From an uncultured bacterium (GTDB lineage: Bacteria; Verrucomicrobiota; Verrucomicrobiia; Verrucomicrobiales; DEV007), in the NCBI GenBank assembly GCA_963977015.1, contig CAXBMO010000002.1, positions 384,001 through 448,000 on the forward strand: a DNA stretch of 64,000 nt, written 5' to 3'. Shown here in pieces: positions 30,446 to 40,507 of this stretch. The position numbers and the translations under genes are program-made. A model generated the notes under the pieces. That model was not told where the DNA came from and did not search any database. It saw only the letters and a program-made list of their open reading frames with translations. Within the stretch, counting starts at the first letter, position 1; every line of letters begins with the position of its first letter.

Positions 30446-31189
30446 ATGCCGAATTCGATCATCTATGTGGGAGGCGCTCACGTCCGGTTCCATCAGTCCC
30501 TCCATCTCCGCCCGCGGCAGATCGGGAATTACCGTTTCCTTTTTGTCGAATCCGGCCGTGGTGAGTTCTTTTTCGCCGATGAATCCCTGCCGGTTCAAGG
30601 GCGAACCCTCCTGTTACTTTCGCCGGGCATGCGCGAGACACGATATTCCGATACCGAACCGGTTTCCTATTTCTATATCGAATTCAAAAGCCCCGACACC
30701 CTGATGGCGGATCCCTTTCTCAAATGCCTCGAATCGTCGCCGCATTTTCAAACGATCGTCTGCCTACTTCGATCGACTCTGAGAAAGAAAGGGGAAGCGG
30801 TTCATCTGCTTCCGGCCGCGATCGAGTTGACCTTGCACAGCCCGGGACGCGTGGGCTCCACCCGGGCGATGGATCCCCGAATTCGTCGCGTCCTACAGTT
30901 TATCGAAAACAACCTGGCGCGCCCGATGCTCGTCTCGGAATTGGCTCAGGAAGCCAGGGTTTCGGAACCGCAGTTTCGCCGGATTTTTCGAAATGCCATG
31001 TCGGTTGGCCCCAAGGAATATCTCCTGCGAGAACGGATGAATTACGCCCGCCGAATCTTGAGGAGTGAGGGACTGCGTGTCGGGGAAGTGGCTGATTTGC
31101 TACAGTTCGAAACGGTTTACCAATTTTCCAATCAGTACAAAAAGGTTCACGGCTGCAGTCCGGGGCAGGACTCGATCGCTCCCAACTGA
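30446..31189 (+). CDS. AraC family transcriptional regulator
   Basis: C-terminal double HTH (ELAQEARVSEPQFRRIFR...VGEVADLLQFETVYQFS). Divergent from the symporter. Start uncertain (30425 or 30446). Confidence 0.9.
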   Translation: MPNSIIYVGGAHVRFHQSLHLRPRQIGNYRFLFVESGRGEFFFADESLPVQGRTLLLLSPGMRETRYSDTEPVSYFYIEFKSPDTLMADPFLKCLESSPHFQTIVCLLRSTLRKKGEAVHLLPAAIELTLHSPGRVGSTRAMDPRIRRVLQFIENNLARPMLVSELAQEARVSEPQFRRIFRNAMSVGPKEYLLRERMNYARRILRSEGLRVGEVADLLQFETVYQFSNQYKKVHGCSPGQDSIAPN

Positions 31190-31291
31190 ACCATCTCGGT
31201 CCTGGAAACAGGTTAGGTTCACGCCCTCGCTCCATCGGCCACCACGTCACCGGGAGTACTTTGGAAACTCGAACGCGAATTCATGGGCTTC

Positions 31292-31310
31292 TGATGTTAT
31301 TGTAACATCA
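31292..31310. promoter_or_regulatory. Perfect palindrome TGATGTTA-TTG-TAACATCA overlapping the lacI start (autoregulatory operator)
   Basis: 8-bp perfect arms with a 3-nt spacer. The last base is the A of the ATG. Confidence 0.75.
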
Positions 31311-32350
31311 TGCCCCAATCACGAGTCACGCTGCGGGATGTTGCCCAACGGGCCGGAGTCACACCGATGACCGCTTCGCGAGCCCTGCGCAATCAGCCCA
31401 ACGTCGCGCCCGCGACCCGCGATCTGGTGTTCGCTGCCGCGGAGGAACTCGACTATCACATGGATCCGCATCTCTCCCGACTCATGAGCCGGGTGCGTTC
31501 GAAAAAGCAGCGTCCGATCCAGGCCGTCATTGCCGTGCTGCGTGAGGATCCGCCGGGCGAGAATTTTCCAGGGCAACCCTACCGGTTCGTGCCCCTCGAT
31601 TTCATCCGGGAACGGGCGCGATCCCACGGGTTCGAAGTGGAGGAATTCTGGCTGGGCCGGGATGGACTGACGCCGGAGAAAACGCGCCGAATTCTGAGAG
31701 CGCGCGGGATCGAAGCAGTGATCGTATCACCCCAGAGCGAACAACTTCCGTGCAGCCAGTTTGACTACTCGGGATTCGCGGCGGCTACCTTCGGATTTGC
31801 CATGAGCAAGCCGTCCCTGCACACGGCGGCGACGAACCTGCATCTCGGCATTCAGATCGCGACGGAGGAACTCATGGCTCGCGGCTATCGTCGTATCGGC
31901 CTCGCCGTCACCGAATGGCTCGACAGCCGCGTGCAAAACGGTTATCGCAGCGGACTCTATCTCCACCATCAACGGATTCGCGAACAGGACCGGGTGCCTC
32001 TCCTCATGTTTCCGGAAAAATCCGTGGCGCACGGCTTTGGAAGGTTTCGCGCCTGGTTCGAAACCCATCGGCCCGACGTCATCCTGTCCTTCGACCGACA
32101 TGTCCCCGGATGGCTGGAGCAGCGCCTCGGTCTGAGGATTCCGGAGGATATGGGATTCGTGGTCCATGATCTCACGGACGAGTCGCCGCGTTTCGCCGGT
32201 CTCGATCACCGGCGGGACGAGCTGGCGCGCGCCGCGGTGGATCTCGTCACCACGCAATTGCAGCAATTCGAATCGGGTGTTCCGGAGACTCCTCGCCAGA
32301 TTCTCATTCCACCCCGCTGGGTGGTTGGGCCAAGTGTGCGTCCAGTCTAA
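31310..32350 (+). CDS. LacI family transcriptional regulator
   Basis: VTLRDVAQRAGVTPMTASRALRN HTH followed by a periplasmic-binding-type domain. Confidence 0.93.
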   Translation: MPQSRVTLRDVAQRAGVTPMTASRALRNQPNVAPATRDLVFAAAEELDYHMDPHLSRLMSRVRSKKQRPIQAVIAVLREDPPGENFPGQPYRFVPLDFIRERARSHGFEVEEFWLGRDGLTPEKTRRILRARGIEAVIVSPQSEQLPCSQFDYSGFAAATFGFAMSKPSLHTAATNLHLGIQIATEELMARGYRRIGLAVTEWLDSRVQNGYRSGLYLHHQRIREQDRVPLLMFPEKSVAHGFGRFRAWFETHRPDVILSFDRHVPGWLEQRLGLRIPEDMGFVVHDLTDESPRFAGLDHRRDELARAAVDLVTTQLQQFESGVPETPRQILIPPRWVVGPSVRPV

Positions 32351-32355
32351 CTAAT

Positions 32356-33720
32356 CTAATCGTTCACAGGCGCGACAGCAAATGCGTGCGGCCGCGGCGT
32401 ACGGCTGGTCAGCGCGTCTTCCTCGTGCGACGCAGCCTGTTTCTGGAGGTCGCCGTATTCAGGCCACCTCTTGATATAGCGCAGAGCCATCGCCGCGCTG
32501 TATTGTTTCTTGTCCTCGAAGTGATCGTAATGCGCTTGCACCGCCGCCGGGTCATCGACGTCGACCTTGTAGTAACTCTGCATCCAGCGCCGGGTATTCA
32601 ACAGGCTACAGGCCTGGGCTTCCGCATTCCGGCGTTGTTCGTTGTGTTGGGCGACCTCGCGCGCCTGCGCAAGCTGAGGCGTGGCCTTGTTGAATGCGAG
32701 ATTGATCCCGCTTGTCAGCTCCTCAGCCTGGTATTGCCCCACGGCGGCGCCATCGATCTGCAATTCGTAGTTGCCAGGGGCCAATCCGGTGACGGAAAGC
32801 AGCTGCTGGTTCAGATTGGCCTCGATCGGTAGAAGCGCCAACACCGCTTTGGCTGAAGGATCGGTTGGAAACGGCAACGCGTTCTCCAGAACGGTAAATT
32901 CCACCCCGCTATCCTTTTTCGCCACGTCCGTTACCTCGGCATTGACGCTTTCCGTGGTACTTCCCGCTGCGGCATCGACCACCACCTTCGACACGATGGA
33001 AGGAGCGCCCTGCGCCTTGAGAAACAGCCAGGCCATCATCAGGTGACCGGGCCCGCCCGGATGGACGCGGTCCCCGCCGATGATCGTCCACGTCGGGTCT
33101 TCTTTCTGCCGTTTCAGATTGAGCGCGGTCATGGGGCCGTGAAAATCGATCACCGTCCCGTTGTTCTTCGCCGCCAGTTCCCGCACGATCTCGGCGCAGC
33201 GCCCCAATCCATCGTTACAGCCCGGCTGGTTCTGGCGCTCGATCTCCACCGTCTGATCGAACGGCGACGGGGTGAGAAAAATCAGTTTCGGGTCACCGGC
33301 CTCTTCGCGGATCCGGGCCACCACTTTTTCCATGTTGGCCTGGTAGCGATCGAGAGCCTGCTGCTGCGCTTCCCGCTTCTTTTCATCGGGATTGGCCACG
33401 TAGTAACCCCGGCCGACATCGTTCATCCCGAACATGATCACCACCGTGGTCGGCTTATGATCGATGACGTCCTCCTGCAAGCGATTGAGCGAACCTCCCG
33501 ACGTATCCCCCGATCGGCCCGCATTGACGAACCGAACTGTCCGATCCGGGAAACGGGTCAGGTAGTAATCGGCGATCATGCTGTAGTAGCGACCGCCGGC
33601 AGTGATGCTGTCTCCCAGGAAACACACGGTCTCGCCGTCCTCGAACAGCTCGGCACGGGCATCGGTCGCAGGCGCCAGAACACTCCACAGAAAGACAGCA
33701 ACGAAAATCAGACTTCTCAT
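32356..33720 (-). CDS. SGNH/GDSL hydrolase (secreted esterase)
   Basis: FLGDSIT, NAGRSG, FGMND and DRVHP blocks, plus a signal peptide. Confidence 0.93.
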   Translation of the reverse strand: MRSLIFVAVFLWSVLAPATDARAELFEDGETVCFLGDSITAGGRYYSMIADYYLTRFPDRTVRFVNAGRSGDTSGGSLNRLQEDVIDHKPTTVVIMFGMNDVGRGYYVANPDEKKREAQQQALDRYQANMEKVVARIREEAGDPKLIFLTPSPFDQTVEIERQNQPGCNDGLGRCAEIVRELAAKNNGTVIDFHGPMTALNLKRQKEDPTWTIIGGDRVHPGGPGHLMMAWLFLKAQGAPSIVSKVVVDAAAGSTTESVNAEVTDVAKKDSGVEFTVLENALPFPTDPSAKAVLALLPIEANLNQQLLSVTGLAPGNYELQIDGAAVGQYQAEELTSGINLAFNKATPQLAQAREVAQHNEQRRNAEAQACSLLNTRRWMQSYYKVDVDDPAAVQAHYDHFEDKKQYSAAMALRYIKRWPEYGDLQKQAASHEEDALTSRTPRPHAFAVAPVND

Positions 33721-33838
33721 GGTATCCCGCTAGCTTCTTTCCGGCGTTTGGCAAGCGGGCGCTGGAATCACAACCCGCAGTTCGCCGATCTCGCTCGCTA
33801 TGCCGTCGGTGGCTCCGAGGCTGATGAGGATGCCTGGT

Positions 33839-35113
33839 CTACCCGAACAATACCTCAATCGGCTTTCCTCCATCTGTGATCGGCACGGGACGGCCGGACT
33901 CGCGCAGCTCTTTGGACGGGTCGATGCCGAGGGCGGCGTGAATGGTGGCATGGAAGTCGGGCACGGAGACCGGACTCTCCTCGATCTTCTTTCCCTTTTC
34001 CTCATCGGTGACGCCGTAGGCGCCCATGTGGTTTAATCCTCCTCCAGCGAGAATGAGGCTGAAAGCCGTTCCCTGATGGCCTCGGCCGCCCCGGTTGTCG
34101 AACTCGGCGGGCCGCCCAAATTCGGTGCCAACCGCCACGAGCGTTTTGTCGAGTAGGCCCTGCTTTTCCAGATCGCGAATCAGCGCTGAGAGCGCGGTGT
34201 CGAGTTCCTGGATGAGAATGTGCTGATTCAACTGACCCTCGAAATGGGTGTCCCAACCCGTGCCATTGATGAAGTTGAGATTGTGCGAAACTTCGATGAA
34301 ACGCACCCCAGCCTGAGTAAGGCGCCGGGCGAGCAGGCAGCGTTGACCGAATTCGCCGCCGTAGTCTTCGCGAAGCGCGGCGGACTCCTCTTCGAGTTGG
34401 AAATTCCGCATGAATTTTGGTCCGGCCCAACGGCGGGCTTGCGCCTGCAGTTCGGCGTAGTGGGCGATGCCGCGTTCCTTGACTGGGCCGTTGGCCATGG
34501 CGGCGAAGCGCTGGCGGCGTTCGAGTTGGCGCTTGGAGAGTCCTTCCGGCTGAGTGAATCCGGCAGGGCCACTTTGGGTATCGACGAGATGCACACTCGA
34601 ATAGCTGGGGCCGAGGTAACCGGGACCGCGACTGACGTTCGGGTACCCAATCAGCATGTAGGCGGGCACATCGTCCGAGGCGGCGCCGCGTTGGTGCGCG
34701 ACGAGCGAACCAATCGACGGATAAGTGATGGTTCCGCTGATCATGCGGCCGGTGTGGACGTAGTTGGTCGCGAAGGCGTGTTCGTCGACGATGGTGTGGT
34801 TCACCGTCCGAACTGCGGTGAGCCGGTCGGCGACTTTCGCAGTCTTGGAGAGGTGCTCGGTGAATTTCACGCCGGGAACGACGGTATCGATGCTGGCGTA
34901 GTCGGTCCCAGCGATTTTGGGTGTGGAACGCGGGTTCCCGCGGCGCTTGGGATCGAAGGTGTCGAGCTGGCACATGCCGCCCCCGAGCCAGATGAAGATG
35001 CAGTGCTCGGCTTTGCCTTTCGGGAAATGAACGGGCGCCGAAGCGGACGCTCTGGCTAAAGGAGAGGCGGCAACCGCGGCGGCACTCTGGGTCAGAAAGT
35101 TTCGACGATTCAT
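33839..35113 (-). CDS. DUF1501 domain protein (Tat signal RRNFL)
   Basis: IFIWLGGGMCQLDTFDPK, GQRCLLARRL, GWDTH, EFGR, GRGH. Start refined to MNRRNFL. Confidence 0.93.
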   Translation of the reverse strand: MNRRNFLTQSAAAVAASPLARASASAPVHFPKGKAEHCIFIWLGGGMCQLDTFDPKRRGNPRSTPKIAGTDYASIDTVVPGVKFTEHLSKTAKVADRLTAVRTVNHTIVDEHAFATNYVHTGRMISGTITYPSIGSLVAHQRGAASDDVPAYMLIGYPNVSRGPGYLGPSYSSVHLVDTQSGPAGFTQPEGLSKRQLERRQRFAAMANGPVKERGIAHYAELQAQARRWAGPKFMRNFQLEEESAALREDYGGEFGQRCLLARRLTQAGVRFIEVSHNLNFINGTGWDTHFEGQLNQHILIQELDTALSALIRDLEKQGLLDKTLVAVGTEFGRPAEFDNRGGRGHQGTAFSLILAGGGLNHMGAYGVTDEEKGKKIEESPVSVPDFHATIHAALGIDPSKELRESGRPVPITDGGKPIEVLFG

Positions 35114-35139
35114 GATCGGCAAATTCGGAGTTTTGGTGT

Positions 35140-38100
35140 TTAGCGAATGTAGATCCACTCGGGTTGATTCAGCGTGTGCCAGAGAAAATCCTCCACGCGC
35201 TCTCGCCAGTCGGCGTTCAATTGATGAGTCGGAGGATCGCCGCGCCGGGCCTTGGCTTCGAGTTCCGACGCAAGGGCGTTGGCGGGGCCGTCGAGGTGAT
35301 TCGACCAAGCCGTGTATTTGGGGCGAACTCGCTTGACATGCTTCTTCGGCGGCAAGTTGTCCCGGCGTTGATCAAAACCGGGCCCGAGCAACTCGATGGC
35401 GAATTTTTTCTCGTCCGCACTCGGCTTGCGGGTGAGGAGGCGAAGGTAGAGTGTGTCGATGAAATCTTCGAGCGATTGATCTTTCAACGCCAACTGCGTG
35501 ATGCCGTGATCGTCGCTGAGGCGCGTCGTCCAGGTCGCCATGGTCCCGTTGGACAGCACCGCGGGTTGGAGCACATTCGGATCGGCCTCCCGCAAGGTCA
35601 CGGGTGACTGTCGGGCGGCGCGCCAGCCGAAAGATTCGAGTACGGTGATGACGGATTGCACCCGCGGTAGCGTTAGGCTGGGACGGTCACGCTCGTTCGA
35701 GGTGGATGCCAGCATCCAGGCGCGACGCGGTTTTCCGAGCGATTTCTGATTGGAGATGCCGTCCACGTCGAAGGTCATTTCCTCGACCTTGAATGGCTTG
35801 CCAGTGGCGGCGAAGAGCGAATCGACGATCTGTTCAGCGGCCATGCGACGCGGCGCGGGACCAACGTAGAGCGGTTCGGTTTCCAACAGCTCGGGCAGGC
35901 TGGCGCGCTGGTAAGCGTGTGAGGTAAAAATGAGACGCGACACCGCTTTCAGGCTATAACCCGAACGGACGAATTCGCGTCCCAGCCAGCGCAGGAGTTC
36001 GGGATGGGTGGCCCCGGATTTTTCCCAATCATCCGGCCTTTCCACCAGACCGCGTCCCATGAGACGTTGCCAGACCCGGTTCACCATGACTTCAGCGAAA
36101 CGTTCATTCTCCGGCGCGGTAATGAGCGCGGCCAGTTGCTCTCGCGTGTTCTTGGGATCAGCGGCCAGCTCTTGGAAAGCGTCTTTGCTGGAAAACTGCT
36201 CGAAGGGCCAGACCGGTTGCACATCGACTCCCGGTTTCAGGGTGACTTGAATCAACGGCTTGCGACCGCCCTCGCTAAGTTCATCGAGAGAAACACTGCT
36301 CGATTTGGGCACTTGGACGGGCTTTTTCGACAGCATGGCCGCCAACTGAAAAAGCTGCTCCTGCTTTGAACTACGCACCGGCGAATCGTGGCAGCGGGCG
36401 CATTTCATCTGCACGCCAAGGAAGGCCCCGGCGAGAATAGCGCCCTTTTCCGCCATCGGAGAATCGTTCTGCCCAGCGGTCGCAAAACCAGCGGGTCCGC
36501 CGTCGTTCGAACTCCCTTTCATACCGATGAGTTCGGTGACGAAAGCGTCCATCGGTTGGTCGTCACGCAGGGAGTCGTAGATCCACCAGCGGAAAGGCCC
36601 AGTGTTGTTCAGGCTACCGGCGATCATGTTAGGATTCTCCGCCAACACGTCCAGCCAGTAGCCCATCCAGTGATCTGCCCAGCGGGGATCGCCAAGAAGC
36701 CGGTCGATCGCCTTCTCGCGTCGTCTCCCGGAGTCGTCATCGAGAAAAGCGCGGATTTCCTCGACGCTCGGCAGCACGCCCACGGTATCCAGCGTGACGC
36801 GGCGGAGAAAGGTCAGGTCGTCGGCTAACGGCGGCATCTCCAGCGTCGTCACCTGGAATTCAGGCCAGTTCGCGCCCTGCTCGATCCAAGTTTTCAGTAG
36901 CGCAACTTCCTCGGACGTGAGGCGATCATCCTTGGGCGGCATGATTTCGTCCTCGTCGTTGGTCGTCACGCGATAAAACAGTTCGCTGCCGTCCGGATCG
37001 CCGGGCTTAAGGGCAGGATAGCCGGAATCGCCGCCTTTGCGTGCGGCTGCTAGTGTATCCAGTCGCAAACCGCCTTTGGCTTTGTCGCCTTTGTGACAAC
37101 TGTTGCAACGGCTTTCCAAAAGCGGCTTGATATCCTGGTAGAAATCCGGGCCATCTTGTTGGGAGTTCTCATAGGCAGGCGCGACTTCTGCAATGCGGGC
37201 AGCGATGAAATGATCGATTTCGTTGTGTGCGGGCATTCCCCCCGGTAACTCAGGCACCGGTTCCTCAGTCGTCGAAGCCAGCCAGGCTTGGGCTTTCTCA
37301 TGACGCTGATTCCAGTAGTCCGCGAATTCGGCCCGTTTGGCGAGACGACGCTCGGTGTTGATCGCGTCGATGTGCTCTCGGCGTTCGGCCTCGTAAGCGG
37401 CCCAGCCCTCGTCGGTATAAGGAACCTCGCGGCCGGAGGGAGATATCAACTGCCAAGTATCCTCGCCTTCGCGCGACCAGGCGGCCACGGTTTCGCCGAG
37501 CCCCGGATGAATCGTCCCGAACACGGTTTCCAGCACCACGAGATGCGGTTGTTCTCCGGTGGACTCGAACTCACACCAGTCCTCGCGGTTGCCCGGAGGG
37601 GCGAAGCGAAAATCGGGACCGAGATCGAGATAACGCTCCTGCTCTGAAGTCAGGTGGTGGCCGTTCAGGCTCGAAGGCATCAGCGGAGTGTCGAGCACCG
37701 TTTTCCCGTCGATGATCAGCCGGGAAATCCCGCGCGCCCGGAGGAGAATCCGGTGTTTGCCCTTGGGAAGTGACACCAGACCGGAGGCCCGGAGGAAAGT
37801 GTTGTCCGGCGAATATCCAATCACCCCCGTATCCATGTAGACCTTGGGCAGCTCGAAAAAACCGAACACGTCCTCCGTCATGATCTCGCTCGCGACCGGC
37901 GGCGTGTCCGGCCATTCGCGGCGCCCCGGAACGCCTTTCGCGCACAACTCCACCCGCACCTCACCCGGCTTCACGTCGTCCCGCGTCACCGGCGTTGGAG
38001 GCGGTTCAATCGCGTAGCGCTCCTCGATCTCTGAGTTTTTCAAAATACCGCGATGAACCACCAGCGAATCGATTCGCCCTTGGAAAAAAGTCTTCTCTTC

Positions 38101-38799
38101 GCCCTCGGCCCTGCTGCCGCCAAGCCGGAGATCGCCCGGGCGTTGCACCGGCCCGCGAGTGGTAGACTTCTCCCATTTCCCCGAAAACAGCTGCATCCGT
38201 CCGTTCATGAAGAGCAGCATGCTGCTGGGATCGCCATAGGTGTAGCGGAAGACGACATGGTGCCATTCGAGTCCCGTGAGGTCGATCGTTCCGCTCCACC
38301 ACTGGTGACGTGTGGGAACCTCGCCCTCCTTCTCCGGTTCAGCCGCGAAACAGAATCCTACCTTCATCGAACTGGAGCTGAGGCGCTCCACCATGAGCGA
38401 GTAATTGAGGTTATCGTCAGCCTTCCCCGCAAGCTCGGGATCACCTTTGGCGAGGAGAAAACCCGGTTGTTTTTCCTTCAACTCCTTCGGCGCGATCCAG
38501 AAATCGAAGGTCAACGAATCACCGTGTTTGAAGCTCGGAACTTGATCGCTTGGAATCACGATTTCATCGCCATCTTTGAACTCCGCCGCGTTGTTTTCCG
38601 CATTGAAAAGCGGATGTAGCGGCGGGCGCGGACCTGCCACCGTATTCGGCCAGGTTGCGAGAGTGTCTTTGCCGTCAAAGTTCCAAGTCAGCGCAGGCAC
38701 GGCAGGCGGCAGACTTTCGTCGTCCGGAGCCGCAGCGTGGATCGCTAGCGGCGCAACGAACGCAAGGGCCAAACGAAGAAAACAAATACGGCGCAACAT
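35140..38799 (-). CDS. LamG + planctomycete cytochrome c + DUF1549 + DUF1553 protein
   Basis: WHHVVFRY...FQGRIDSL (LamG), CNSCH, FLRRVTLD, FLGVQMKCARCHD, VNRVWQRLMGRGLV, THPELL. Start refined to MLRRICF. Confidence 0.92.
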   Translation of the reverse strand: MLRRICFLRLALAFVAPLAIHAAAPDDESLPPAVPALTWNFDGKDTLATWPNTVAGPRPPLHPLFNAENNAAEFKDGDEIVIPSDQVPSFKHGDSLTFDFWIAPKELKEKQPGFLLAKGDPELAGKADDNLNYSLMVERLSSSSMKVGFCFAAEPEKEGEVPTRHQWWSGTIDLTGLEWHHVVFRYTYGDPSSMLLFMNGRMQLFSGKWEKSTTRGPVQRPGDLRLGGSRAEGEEKTFFQGRIDSLVVHRGILKNSEIEERYAIEPPPTPVTRDDVKPGEVRVELCAKGVPGRREWPDTPPVASEIMTEDVFGFFELPKVYMDTGVIGYSPDNTFLRASGLVSLPKGKHRILLRARGISRLIIDGKTVLDTPLMPSSLNGHHLTSEQERYLDLGPDFRFAPPGNREDWCEFESTGEQPHLVVLETVFGTIHPGLGETVAAWSREGEDTWQLISPSGREVPYTDEGWAAYEAERREHIDAINTERRLAKRAEFADYWNQRHEKAQAWLASTTEEPVPELPGGMPAHNEIDHFIAARIAEVAPAYENSQQDGPDFYQDIKPLLESRCNSCHKGDKAKGGLRLDTLAAARKGGDSGYPALKPGDPDGSELFYRVTTNDEDEIMPPKDDRLTSEEVALLKTWIEQGANWPEFQVTTLEMPPLADDLTFLRRVTLDTVGVLPSVEEIRAFLDDDSGRRREKAIDRLLGDPRWADHWMGYWLDVLAENPNMIAGSLNNTGPFRWWIYDSLRDDQPMDAFVTELIGMKGSSNDGGPAGFATAGQNDSPMAEKGAILAGAFLGVQMKCARCHDSPVRSSKQEQLFQLAAMLSKKPVQVPKSSSVSLDELSEGGRKPLIQVTLKPGVDVQPVWPFEQFSSKDAFQELAADPKNTREQLAALITAPENERFAEVMVNRVWQRLMGRGLVERPDDWEKSGATHPELLRWLGREFVRSGYSLKAVSRLIFTSHAYQRASLPELLETEPLYVGPAPRRMAAEQIVDSLFAATGKPFKVEEMTFDVDGISNQKSLGKPRRAWMLASTSNERDRPSLTLPRVQSVITVLESFGWRAARQSPVTLREADPNVLQPAVLSNGTMATWTTRLSDDHGITQLALKDQSLEDFIDTLYLRLLTRKPSADEKKFAIELLGPGFDQRRDNLPPKKHVKRVRPKYTAWSNHLDGPANALASELEAKARRGDPPTHQLNADWRERVEDFLWHTLNQPEWIYIR

Positions 38800-39393
38800 C
38801 AGGTTAGGAAATGGGGCTTGATCACGTAAACGATGATCGGGTAATTCCGTAACTGTCAACATTCGTTGCAAAAATGCATCTCTTGAGACGTACCACTTTC
38901 GTGTGTCCCTAACGTTGGTCGAAATCCCTGATCCGGAAAAATCCGCTGAACGGGTGATCGATTCCAAGTTTCTCGATCATCCGGAGATTCGCTACGGTGT
39001 AGGAACGGTTTTCAGAGTTCAAATCCACTGCGGACCGGGGTAAAGAGAGCCCGCGAAAGCGGGATAGTTGTGCCTTGATGGTGTCCCCAAATCGGGTATA
39101 CCAAGATTATGCTGGTTCCTGGAGTTCTTGAACACTTGAAATGGGTTAGGCCGGCCGCGATTTCGGAGATCGCCGTTTGCTTTTCAGGTCGGGTTGTTAA
39201 AAACCAGGAGGTATTGATGTTCCCCGCAAGAATAGTCCATCCAGACTTCTCATGGAATCTCGCGAGCTTCTTTTCGGATTTTGGCAAGCGGCGGAATTGG
39301 TTCTCGGAGCCCAAGCGCCTTGACCAGACAAAAACCATTTCTACGGTGGCGTGGCGCTCTCGGGAACCACACACCGGGAGGCTGCCAATTTCC

Positions 39394-40260
39394 ATGTTTT
39401 CAAAACCCTTGTTATTCCCAGGCCTCGCACTTGCAGTGGCGACGCTGATTCTCACCACGGGTCCGGTCGCTGCCGAACATTTTCACGTCTATCTGATCGG
39501 CGGGCAATCCAATGCCCAAGGACGCGGTGACGCAGCCCAATTACCGGCGAATCTCGCGGCTCCCCAAAAGGATGTCCGCTTCTATTGGCATCGCACCCAG
39601 GATACCGACAATGTGGGTCATCTTGCGGAGGATCAATGGATCGACCTGGCTCCTGGTTCGGGACACGGACGGATTCCACCGGTTCGCGAGAAGGAGTTTG
39701 GCCCGGAAATTTCCTTTGGCCGAGCCCTGGCAGATGCACATCCCGACCGGCATATCGCGGTGATCAAGTATTCCCATGGTGGCTCGAATCTTCATTCGGA
39801 CTGGGCCGCGGGCGGGCTGCGTTACGAGATCTTCCGTTCGACCGTCAAGGACGCCCTCGCCGCGTTGACGGCGGACGGTCACACTTGGGAATTAGGCGGG
39901 ATAATTTGGCAGCAAGGCGAGGGCGACACCGGCTCGCCACACGCGGAAAACTATGCGAAAAACCTGACTGATTTGATCTCGCGAATTCGCCGGGATTTGT
40001 TCGAGGAGAAGCCTTTGCCTTTCGTCATCGGCAGCGTCTCCAACAGCCAGAGCCAATCGGTCGAGACTCCGGGGAGCGGAATGTTTCTTGTGCGAAAGGC
40101 GCAGGAGAACGTCGCGAAATCCGACGCGACGGTGGGCTTCGTCAACTCGGATGGATTCCCAACGCGTCCCAGCGATCCGGTCCATTTTGATCATCAAGGG
40201 TTGATCCTGCTGGGGAAGGCTCATGCCGAAGCGTTAATCCGCCTTGAGGGCGAATCCTGA
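39394..40260 (+). CDS. Sialate O-acetylesterase-like (SASA/DUF303) carbohydrate esterase
   Basis: IGGQSNAQG, FGPEISF, WQQGEGD, DPVHF. Start refined to MFSKPLL. Confidence 0.92.
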   Translation: MFSKPLLFPGLALAVATLILTTGPVAAEHFHVYLIGGQSNAQGRGDAAQLPANLAAPQKDVRFYWHRTQDTDNVGHLAEDQWIDLAPGSGHGRIPPVREKEFGPEISFGRALADAHPDRHIAVIKYSHGGSNLHSDWAAGGLRYEIFRSTVKDALAALTADGHTWELGGIIWQQGEGDTGSPHAENYAKNLTDLISRIRRDLFEEKPLPFVIGSVSNSQSQSVETPGSGMFLVRKAQENVAKSDATVGFVNSDGFPTRPSDPVHFDHQGLILLGKAHAEALIRLEGES

Positions 40261-40507
40261 ACATCTGAGCGGCTCACCTGCCGAATCCAGCCCCCGATTT
40301 GGAAGCTGGCAGTTTGCGGGCGGAGCGTCCATGCCAGCCGTTTTCGAATCTCTCATCTCTTTACAAACACCTCCGTTTTGATGCATTCTGTAGGGTATTG
40401 TCCAACTACGAAAACGAAGGGGCGGCAGTTCCCCCTGTTGAATCTCAGCCCCCGACGCGGCTAATGGCGCTCCGCACCGCCATGGTTCGCCCCCTCCCCT
40501 TTCTCTC

